Virus record (IMG/VR): IMGVR_UViG_3300033420_000011
Coordinates: 1-43,540 of that record
Length of the DNA: 43,540 nt
From: a virus
Taxonomy: Duplodnaviria; Caudoviricetes
Strand: one strand, 5' to 3'
Part shown: in pieces, positions 9,444 through 16,718 of the stretch
How positions within the stretch are numbered: position 1 is the stretch's first letter
Layout of the letters: each line of letters starts with the position of its first letter
The notes under the pieces: model-generated
Seen by the model: only the letters and a program-made list of their open reading frames with translations
The model's database searches: none
What the model was told of the DNA's origin: nothing
Translations under genes and position numbers: made by a program

Positions 9444-9804
9444 AAGATATTTATTCTCAGCCGCTCACCGAATATTGCACCATAAAGGCAAATGTAAAAA
9501 TCTGCATGGACATAATTATTTGGCTACTTTTATTATCAGTTCTACAACTCTCACAAATCATATGGTATTAGATTACAGCGATTTTAAGAAATATAAAGAT
9601 TTTTTAGATACTTACTTTGATCACGCTCTTTTAATCGATGAAGAAGATGAAGAAATGATTAGAATAGCCAAAAAACTACAAACAAAATATTTTGTCTTAA
9701 AAAAAACGACCTGCGAAGAAATATCTATTTTTCTTAAACTTCAATTTCCAGAATTATCTCAAGTTAATATTCAAGAAAGTGAAACAACACAATGTTTAAA
9801 TTAA
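9430..9804 (+). CDS. queD: 6-carboxy-5,6,7,8-tetrahydropterin synthase
   Basis: FSAAHR...GKCKNLHGHNY, FDHA, TTCEEI, ESET. Confidence 0.95.
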   Translation: MQVSKRYLFSAAHRILHHKGKCKNLHGHNYLATFIISSTTLTNHMVLDYSDFKKYKDFLDTYFDHALLIDEEDEEMIRIAKKLQTKYFVLKKTTCEEISIFLKLQFPELSQVNIQESETTQCLN

Positions 9805-10364
9805 ACGAAATATTTATTTCTCAACAAGGAGAAGGACTTTACTCAGGATATAAATCACTTTTTATTCGTCTCTCAGGCTGTAATTTAGCATGCTCTTTTT
9901 GTGATACACAACATCAAAAATACACTCTTACAAGCATTGAAGAAATAAAAATAATAATTTTAGATTCTAATATTCAATATATTGTCATTACAGGCGGAGA
10001 ACCATTATTGCAGCAACAACAAATTATTTTATTATTAAAACAATTAGAATTACAAAATTTTCATATCACAATTGAGACAAATGGAACTATAAAAATAGAT
10101 AAATATTTATTAAATTCTTGTTTTATTTCTTATTCACCAAAACAATCTGATATAGATATTCAAGGCAATAATTATCAGATAAAACTATTAAGTGATGGTA
10201 TAAGCTTTTTTAAAGAATATATACATTATAAAAATGTGGGTTTGATGGCAATTGGAAAAAATAAAGACGAACTATTTTTAGTGCAAACAAATGTTGAGCT
10301 TCTAGCTCAAAAATCAGGATTACTTTTTTTTGCACGACACCATATTCTAGGAGGTTATAAATGA
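9792..10364 (+). CDS. queE: 7-carboxy-7-deazaguanine synthase (radical SAM)
   Basis: EIF.S.QGEG, FIRLSGCNLACSFCDT, ITGGEP, IETNGT, SPK. Confidence 0.95.
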   Translation: MFKLNEIFISQQGEGLYSGYKSLFIRLSGCNLACSFCDTQHQKYTLTSIEEIKIIILDSNIQYIVITGGEPLLQQQQIILLLKQLELQNFHITIETNGTIKIDKYLLNSCFISYSPKQSDIDIQGNNYQIKLLSDGISFFKEYIHYKNVGLMAIGKNKDELFLVQTNVELLAQKSGLLFFARHHILGGYK

Positions 10365-10834
10365 TAACAAAAGAACAATTAGAAGCATTACATTTTTCAT
10401 TTAAAGAGCCTTGCGAAGTCATAGCCCATCGCATTCAAAAGGCGTGGACGGAATTGCTTTCAGGACTCACAACACCGGCCCCGCAATTCAAAACCTTTGC
10501 GACCATTGCAAATGGAATTATAATTGAGCATAGTATTGATTTCACGAGTATTTGTGAACATCATTTCCTGCCTTTTATAGGGGAGTGCAAAATTGAGATT
10601 GAATTATCTGATAGAATGGCAGGCTTATCAAAATATAATCGCCTAGTGAATTATATTGCCTCACGCCCTTCAACACAAGAAAATCTAACTCAAGAAATTT
10701 TTAATCAAATAAATACATATTTAAAGCCTAAGCAATTAAAAATTACCACTAATTGCAGGCACACATGTGTGATTTGTCGAGGAGTTTTTGCAGTAAACTC
10801 GCAAACAAAATGCATTGTAGGAGGTATAAAATGA
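10361..10834 (+). CDS. folE: GTP cyclohydrolase I (compact)
   Basis: SICEHHFLPF, GLSK, RPSTQENLT, HTCVICRG. Confidence 0.95.
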   Translation: MITKEQLEALHFSFKEPCEVIAHRIQKAWTELLSGLTTPAPQFKTFATIANGIIIEHSIDFTSICEHHFLPFIGECKIEIELSDRMAGLSKYNRLVNYIASRPSTQENLTQEIFNQINTYLKPKQLKITTNCRHTCVICRGVFAVNSQTKCIVGGIK

Positions 10835-11448
10835 AAGCTCTAGTAGTTTTCTCTGGAGGATTAGATAGTACTCTTTGTTTAATAAAAGCAATAAATCAAT
10901 ACAAAAAAGAAAATGTGTTAGCATTATTTTTTTCTTACGGGCAAAAACATATAATAGAAATGGAACAAGCAAAAATTATAGCCGAAAAGCTAGACGTACA
11001 GCTAGAAATTTTTGAATTTAACGTGCTAGCAAAAATTGGAAATAGCGAACTAATATGCAATAAAAACAAAGAAACTTCTCATAAATTTCCACCTACTTTT
11101 GTCCCAATGCGGAATATTATATTTCTCACAATAGCAAGTAGCATTGCTTACAAACAAAATATAGATACAATAATTACTGGGGTGTGTGCAAATGATTTTG
11201 CTGGCTATCCTGATTGCAGAGAGAATACCATAAAAAGTCTACAAGACACATTATCATTTGCAGTAGAAAGTAGAATAAATATTATTACTCCCTTATTATT
11301 CACAAATAAAAGTAAAACTATAAAGGAATATTATAAATTAAATATGCAACATTTCATTGAATTGACACACTCATGCTATAATAATATAAGAGGAGGATGT
11401 GGTCATTGTGGGTCTTGCATAGAACGCAATAAGGCGCTAAATGAATAA
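10831..11448 (+). CDS. queC: 7-cyano-7-deazaguanine synthase
   Basis: FSGGLDST, YGQKH, TFVPMRN, GYPDCR, SCY...CGHCGSC; start moved to ATG 10831 (ATGA overlap, GGAGG RBS). Confidence 0.96.
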   Translation: MKALVVFSGGLDSTLCLIKAINQYKKENVLALFFSYGQKHIIEMEQAKIIAEKLDVQLEIFEFNVLAKIGNSELICNKNKETSHKFPPTFVPMRNIIFLTIASSIAYKQNIDTIITGVCANDFAGYPDCRENTIKSLQDTLSFAVESRINIITPLLFTNKSKTIKEYYKLNMQHFIELTHSCYNNIRGGCGHCGSCIERNKALNE

Positions 11449-11650
11449 AATAGAAGAACTAAAAATTAAACTTGAAGCAATAAAAATTAAAAAAGAATTT
11501 TTAGAACTCCAAAATTTAGAAAAAAATACCATACAAAAAAATGTTGTTCAAAGTGCAATTGAACAATTAAGCGCTCACCTGTACACTCATTTTAATAATG
11601 ACAAAAAAGTATTCGATATTATTGACAGGTATTTTGCTAATATCTTATAG
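11441..11650 (+). CDS. Small coiled-coil hypothetical protein
   Basis: Overlaps queC end; helical and charged. Confidence 0.6.
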   Translation: MNKIEELKIKLEAIKIKKEFLELQNLEKNTIQKNVVQSAIEQLSAHLYTHFNNDKKVFDIIDRYFANIL

Positions 11651-11668
11651 TGATATTAGGGGACTTTT

Positions 11669-12121
11669 ATGTCAAAAATGGATAAATATTTAAATACAAA
11701 TATAAAAGATGTATTAGATGATATTGCCAATTATAGCGAAAGAATACTTTTTTCAGATAGAGAAACAGAGCTATCAAAAACCAATCTTATCAATATACTC
11801 AATTCAGTCTCTCAAGGAACACCGCCAGATCTTGCGTTTAGAGCCGAAGGACTGCACCATTTATTTAAGCAAATGGTTAGTCTATACAAAATATTTAGAG
11901 GCAATCTTATCGTGCCAGAGTGCCGAATATACGCATTGATTGAGCGTGTTTGGTTCCGCAGTCTGTCGCAAGTAACGAATAATATCTACAGGCATGCAAT
12001 ACATGAAGACGCAAAAACAGCTATACCCGCAGCAAAATTATTATTAGACTATCACGCTAAAATGGAGCAAAAAATGGAACAATACGATGAAATTAGGAAT
12101 CTTCAAGGAGATTTAAAATGA
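11669..12121 (+). CDS. Hypothetical protein, candidate terminase small subunit
   Basis: Helical, upstream of TerL; IYRHA...AIPAAKLLL resembles TerS oligomerisation helices (weak). Confidence 0.4.
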   Translation: MSKMDKYLNTNIKDVLDDIANYSERILFSDRETELSKTNLINILNSVSQGTPPDLAFRAEGLHHLFKQMVSLYKIFRGNLIVPECRIYALIERVWFRSLSQVTNNIYRHAIHEDAKTAIPAAKLLLDYHAKMEQKMEQYDEIRNLQGDLK

Positions 12122-12351
12122 ATAAAAACCTAATGAATATTGAGCAACTATTACACAAAGGCTATACTTTAGACGATGCTATGTCTGTGTGTGGATATAC
12201 TGAAGACGAGCGAGATGTTATTGCGAAAAAATTTAGCAAGCTACTTGTTCATCTAAAATATAAAAATAAACAAATAACAAATAGCTCGCAAGATATTGAA
12301 GTATGCATAAATATTGACGATGTTGGGACAATAAAAAAAACAATCGAGTAA
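12118..12351 (+). CDS. Small hypothetical protein, possible HTH
   Basis: AGGAG RBS, ATGA overlap, KGYTLDDAMSVCGYT helix-turn-helix-like segment. Confidence 0.55.
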   Translation: MNKNLMNIEQLLHKGYTLDDAMSVCGYTEDERDVIAKKFSKLLVHLKYKNKQITNSSQDIEVCINIDDVGTIKKTIE

Positions 12352-12401
12352 AAAACAGTGTGTGCAAAAAATGCACATACTTCACGAACTGTCAAAAAAG
12401 C

Positions 12402-12430
12402 TTGACTCTGTACTGTTGCCGTGATATATT
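12402..12430 (+). promoter_or_regulatory. Sigma70-type promoter upstream of HTH-terminase
   Basis: TTGACT, 17 bp, TATATT with extended TG. Confidence 0.7.
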
Positions 12431-12466
12431 TACATTGTTCTTTTTTATTTGTATGGAGGAAAACAA

Positions 12467-12649
12467 ATGACAATACGAGAATTTTTATTATTACACAGAG
12501 CTGATATATTAGCCAATACATTCATTTCAAAACAGGTAATAAGCCATGTAATCAATGGAAAATACAAACTAAATGCTAAGCATATAAGACAGATAATGAT
12601 AGCATTTCCAGATTTTATACCTATTTTTATTAATGATTCAGAAGAATAA
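12467..12649 (+). CDS. Cro/XRE-like HTH protein
   Basis: ISKQVISHVINGKYKLNAKHIRQI; ATG 12467 behind GGAGG. Confidence 0.65.
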   Translation: MTIREFLLLHRADILANTFISKQVISHVINGKYKLNAKHIRQIMIAFPDFIPIFINDSEE

Positions 12650-13994
12650 CGGAGGACTTATTAAAATAAATTTTAAGTTACCGCATCCAATTCACCAGAT
12701 ACAGGCTGAGATGCTTAAATTCTGTGAGCATAATAATCCAGCCAAAGAAATGTATGTTGCTGTGGGGACTAAGGCAGGCAAAACATTTGGAGCCTCGCTT
12801 TGTGCGGTGCATAGTATGCTAACTGGCGAGCAAAAAGTGATAAGATGGTTCGCTCCTATTTATTTGCAATCAAAAATTGGAATGAGATATATTGAGCGTT
12901 TCCTGCCTGTCAACTCGCAAGATAAGCGATTACGAGGGCTATTTGAGGCAACTAATTCAGGCACTCCAACAATAAGAAATAATATTAATAATAATATGAT
13001 TCAATTTTTGCATGCTAATAATCCCGAGTCTATGGAAGGTGAAGGCTCAAGCATAAATTTCTGCGATGAGTTTGCTAAATACAAAAATGGTATGGATTTT
13101 TATGCATCAGTCAAAACCACAACCACATTTACGCAAGGGAAAATCTTAGCTTTTTCAACTCCGAGAGGAAAAAATAATCATTTTTATAAGCTTTTTATGC
13201 ATGCAAAAGAAGAAATGGATTACGCTCTTAAGCACAACAAAACACCAACATCACTCGCCTTTACTGCCCCCTCTAGCATCAATATTTTAATCACACAAGA
13301 GACGCTAGAAGAAATGAAAAGCAAACTACCAGAGCGTCTATATCGTCAATATGTACTTGCTGAATTTATCGATGACGGTTCTGTTTTTCATTGCGTCAAT
13401 GAATGCGTAGATATTGGAATAACGCCACAAGAAGATGATGATTTTTTTAGATGGATTCATATTGAAAAAGCTTTATTATTCAGTGTGGTTATTGGCGTGG
13501 ATTGGGGAAAAGAAAACGATTACACCGTATTCACTGCCATAAGCAATCATGAGTCTAAAGCTATTGTTGTTGGAATTTGCCGTTTTAGACATCTAAAATA
13601 TACCGAAGCAGTTCAACATCTGAAATATTTTGTCTCATTATTTGATAATGTTACTAATATTTTTCACGACAAAACAGGCGTGGGCAACGCTCTTGATGAT
13701 ATGCTCTGTGAAAAAAATATCATCGCTGAAGGAATTGTTTTTAACAACACAAATAAAAATAATATGGTAGAAGATCTTATTGTAGCATTTGAACAAAATC
13801 GCATATGTATTCCTAATTACAGCGAGCTAATCAATGAACTCTCAGGGTATGCTGTTGATATTCTCACATCTGGAAAATATGTTTATAATGCTGAGGCAGG
13901 TCATGATGATCTAGTATGCTCTTTGTTCTTGGCATATCATTGCTATAAGAATGCAACAAAAGTGTATGAAATAAGCGCAATAAATTTATTTTGA
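12633..13994 (+). CDS. terL: Terminase large subunit
   Basis: GTKAGKT, FCDEFA, STPRGKNNHFY, RQYVLAEF, GVDWG..NDYT, HDDLV. Confidence 0.95.
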   Translation: MIQKNNGGLIKINFKLPHPIHQIQAEMLKFCEHNNPAKEMYVAVGTKAGKTFGASLCAVHSMLTGEQKVIRWFAPIYLQSKIGMRYIERFLPVNSQDKRLRGLFEATNSGTPTIRNNINNNMIQFLHANNPESMEGEGSSINFCDEFAKYKNGMDFYASVKTTTTFTQGKILAFSTPRGKNNHFYKLFMHAKEEMDYALKHNKTPTSLAFTAPSSINILITQETLEEMKSKLPERLYRQYVLAEFIDDGSVFHCVNECVDIGITPQEDDDFFRWIHIEKALLFSVVIGVDWGKENDYTVFTAISNHESKAIVVGICRFRHLKYTEAVQHLKYFVSLFDNVTNIFHDKTGVGNALDDMLCEKNIIAEGIVFNNTNKNNMVEDLIVAFEQNRICIPNYSELINELSGYAVDILTSGKYVYNAEAGHDDLVCSLFLAYHCYKNATKVYEISAINLF

Positions 13995-14012
13995 AATATT
14001 TGTAAAATTTAC

Positions 14013-14041
14013 TTGACTTCCTTTTGGAGCTGAGCTAAGAT
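14013..14041 (+). promoter_or_regulatory. Promoter of the accessory cassette region
   Basis: TTGACT, 17 bp, TAAGAT with AT-rich upstream sequence. Confidence 0.7.
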
Positions 14042-14051
14042 ATAAATAAGG

Positions 14052-14090
14052 GGAGCTGAATAGTTTAGCTCACTATTTTTTTTAAAGGAG
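14052..14090 (+). repeat. 39-bp hairpin / T8 / RBS element, copy 1
   Basis: GGAGCTGAATAGTTTAGCTCACTATTTTTTTTAAAGGAG; 37/39 identical to 14513-14551. Confidence 0.92.
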
Positions 14091-14096
14091 TCTACT

Positions 14097-14495
14097 ATGA
14101 CAAATATCGATCTTAAAGTTCTATCTGTTGAAGAATTAAATAATCTTGCAAATTCAATCAAATTAGAAATTGAATCAAGAACTAAGACAGACAAGCCAGA
14201 ACTCATTCTATACACGCACAACTGCAAGAGTGAATCTCAGTCCCACAAAAATAAAAAGAAACACTGGGCAAAAATTGTGACCAGTGTTGACGTGTCTAAG
14301 ACAAACGGCTATGCGTTTGCGGGAGAATTTTTAGACATAAATAGGGAACACAAAGTACCTTACGGCTGTATAGTTGTAGAGGTATGCGGATATACAATAT
14401 ACGCATACAAGATGGATTCAAATATGTACGAGGTTGCTAGTGGGAATACGCAAGCGATGAGTGCATTTATTGAAAAAGTAGCTACACTTGTATGA
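14097..14495 (+). CDS. Hypothetical accessory protein
   Basis: AAGGAG RBS; 132 aa with WAKIVTSVD..KTNGYAFAGEFL segment. Confidence 0.8.
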   Translation: MTNIDLKVLSVEELNNLANSIKLEIESRTKTDKPELILYTHNCKSESQSHKNKKKHWAKIVTSVDVSKTNGYAFAGEFLDINREHKVPYGCIVVEVCGYTIYAYKMDSNMYEVASGNTQAMSAFIEKVATLV

Positions 14496-14512
14496 AATTT
14501 ATTTTAATAGGA

Positions 14513-14551
14513 GGAGCTAAATAGTTTAGCTCACTATTTTTTTTGAAGGAG
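14513..14551 (+). repeat. 39-bp hairpin / T8 / RBS element, copy 2
   Basis: GGAGCTAAATAGTTTAGCTCACTATTTTTTTTGAAGGAG; perfect GAGCTAAA/TTTAGCTC stem. Confidence 0.92.
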
Positions 14552-14557
14552 AAAGTC

Positions 14558-14743
14558 ATGAAAGTTTGTTTAATACAAATTATTGGAAGTAAAAAAAGAT
14601 GGCTCGTGAGAGCCGAAGAGATAGGTTATGAAAATGAGTATTATTTTGCAAGACGACCTTGCAAGATAATAGACGAGCACGAAACAGACGTAGATGTAGA
14701 CGTGGACACAGAATATGATGTGTCCCGATATTTTCATGATTAA
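14558..14743 (+). CDS. Small acidic hypothetical protein
   Basis: ATG 14558 behind AAGGAG; acidic tail DEHETDVDVDVDTEYD. Confidence 0.7.
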   Translation: MKVCLIQIIGSKKRWLVRAEEIGYENEYYFARRPCKIIDEHETDVDVDVDTEYDVSRYFHD

Positions 14744-14767
14744 ATTTATTTTTCTAAGGAGATAAGT

Positions 14768-15031
14768 ATGTGGATCCTTTTGAGAAAAGATAGCCTAAAA
14801 AAAGGCTATCTAGCGGAAAATAACGGTTCGTGTTGGCGCATAAATGCTAGCACAAAAATAAATAAAAAATTTGTAGGGCTAGTAGTTAGTCCTGCTGGTT
14901 TTAATTATAAGAACTCAAGGTCACTCTTGAGCTCTGATTTTGACCTTATCGACGTGCAGTCAGCTGCGCGTAGTTTTTGGTGCTTTCGGTATCGAGAGGC
15001 GGCACTAAAAAAACGAGGGTGGGCTAAGTAG
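14768..15031 (+). CDS. Small basic hypothetical protein
   Basis: TAAGGAG RBS. Confidence 0.7.
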   Translation: MWILLRKDSLKKGYLAENNGSCWRINASTKINKKFVGLVVSPAGFNYKNSRSLLSSDFDLIDVQSAARSFWCFRYREAALKKRGWAK

Positions 15032-15046
15032 TCCACTCTTTTTTTT
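15016..15046 (+). terminator. Intrinsic terminator
   Basis: AGGGTGGGCT-AAGT-AGTCCACTCT stem-loop followed by a T run. Confidence 0.75.
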
Positions 15047-15121
15047 ATTTTTGGTAAGGACATTTAAGCCCTTACCTCAGAGACTAAAATGACTTTTTAA
15101 GTGGTGCTAGAGGAGACTAAT

Positions 15122-15466
15122 ATGAATACATGTAATGGAAAAATAGTTATACGGAACCAAATTCTATCAGCTAAACAATTGCTGATAACTTGGTTATCAG
15201 CAGAACAGGAAATACTACGGAAAGGTAAAAAATACCTTATGGTCGGCGAATATCGAGGGGGCTTAGGTTGCTATTCTCGTGGTGTCGGCGTCTATTCGCT
15301 ACTGCTAAATGTAAGAGGCTCAGCGGAGGACAGACTTGCTCATAATATATGTTATATGAACAAGACACAGCTATTTAGAACTTTGTCAGAGCTTAGGAAA
15401 AAAGAAGTCTATCTCTCACAAGAGGAAGTTGACGAAATAAATAAAGAAGTATTGTGCGGGTTTTAA
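15122..15466 (+). CDS. Hypothetical accessory protein
   Basis: ATG 15122 behind GAGGAG. Confidence 0.7.
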   Translation: MNTCNGKIVIRNQILSAKQLLITWLSAEQEILRKGKKYLMVGEYRGGLGCYSRGVGVYSLLLNVRGSAEDRLAHNICYMNKTQLFRTLSELRKKEVYLSQEEVDEINKEVLCGF

Positions 15467-15537
15467 CGACAAAATTTTTTTCAACTTTTCGCTAGTTTGT
15501 TTGCTAAATACGTAAACACTTTTTTGTCGTATCTCTA

Positions 15538-15567
15538 TTGACACGATTTAGTTATATTTGCTATTTT
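15538..15567 (+). promoter_or_regulatory. Promoter upstream of HTH/tail-chaperone operon
   Basis: TTGACA, 18 bp, TATTTT with extended TG. Confidence 0.55.
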
Positions 15568-15584
15568 ATAAATAGAGGTATAAA

Positions 15585-15851
15585 ATGAGTCGTAAACAAT
15601 TATTTGAACTTTATTACAAACAAAATACAACAAAAGAGATTCATTATTTTTTCGCTCAAATTATGAGTGACTGTAATGAATTTTTGACGCTCCTTCAAAT
15701 CGCAAAAATTGTAGGTTGTTCTATTAATACAGCAAAATCTGTTGCTACGACTCGTTCTCTACCTCCTTATGAAGCCGCGAAAACTTTATTAGATTTGCAT
15801 CTAGATGTCAGAAATTTTAAACTTTTATTGGAGATAAAATATGGCTATTAA
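15585..15851 (+). CDS. HTH DNA-binding protein
   Basis: LTLLQIAKIVGCSINTAKS; GAGGT RBS. Confidence 0.7.
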   Translation: MSRKQLFELYYKQNTTKEIHYFFAQIMSDCNEFLTLLQIAKIVGCSINTAKSVATTRSLPPYEAAKTLLDLHLDVRNFKLLLEIKYGY

Positions 15852-16365
15852 CTTATCAAGTGTTTCAATTCCAAAACATATATCAATTATATCTGTAGTT
15901 GATGAGGCGATTGATTGGGAAAATTCAGATTTTGAATCTGAGTATTCAGAAAATGAAAAAGAATTAAGTGGGGTAGAAGCGAAAAAAGCTCACTATCTAA
16001 AATCACATGACCTAAATAAAATTAAATTCTTAGACAAAGCAATGCCTACATTTTTTGTTTTTAAAAATCCTAATCGCTTTGAGTTTGGTTCCAAAATAAC
16101 TGATATTATTGTACAATGCAGTGGAATGATTAACAAAAAAGAACCCACTATATCCGATATTCACAAACGTATTTGGAATTTATTATTTGTCGGCTATTAC
16201 GAAGGGGCATTATCAAATCTTAATAGCGATAATGTTACGCAACTATTACAAAAACCATTTTTAAATGGCAATATAACAGATGATTTTTTACAGGTTTTAT
16301 TTGCTAATGATATTCTTGAAGAGCTTTCAAATGCTGTTCAAAATCTAAAAAAAACAATGAAATAA
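15841..16365 (+). CDS. Tail assembly chaperone (gpG-like)
   Basis: Position before tape measure; A8 slippery run at its 3' end. Confidence 0.7.
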   Translation: MAINLSSVSIPKHISIISVVDEAIDWENSDFESEYSENEKELSGVEAKKAHYLKSHDLNKIKFLDKAMPTFFVFKNPNRFEFGSKITDIIVQCSGMINKKEPTISDIHKRIWNLLFVGYYEGALSNLNSDNVTQLLQKPFLNGNITDDFLQVLFANDILEELSNAVQNLKKTMK

Positions 16366-16718
16366 AAGACAACTCGCAAATTATTTCATGGTATGTTGAT
16401 CAGCATTTTGACAAAAAAACCGCATTTAAATCCTCATTGCCCAAAGAGAATATTAAAAAAAATAAATTACCGACGCTAAAAGAACGTATGCAAGCAACTC
16501 AAAATATTGACGCCGAGCTAGAAGCACATAACTATGAAAAATCTGAAGCGTATGCGTATTGTGATGCTTTATTTGTGTTCTGGCAAACAGGCACATTAGT
16601 CATCGAAAACACACATCAAGTTATAAACGACGTAGCAATTTTAATAAAAATATGGGAAAATAAAAAGGAAGAAAGATATTTTAATTTTTGGTCAAAGGCT
16701 TTTGGAGGAAAGAAATAA
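16347..16718 (+). CDS. Tail assembly chaperone extension (gpT-like), read by -1 frameshift
   Basis: The -1 frame is open from A AAA AAA (16347-16353) through the 16437-16718 ORF, which has only a TTG start and no RBS. Confidence 0.7.
   Translation, partial: KKNNEIKDNSQIISWYVDQHFDKKTAFKSSLPKENIKKNKLPTLKERMQATQNIDAELEAHNYEKSEAYAYCDALFVFWQTGTLVIENTHQVINDVAILIKIWENKKEERYFNFWSKAFGGKK

Noticed and set aside
14052-14551. 39-bp repeats as a mini-CRISPR array
   Set aside because: Only two copies ~460 bp apart, separated by a gene and ending in an RBS; no resemblance to CRISPR repeat ends I know
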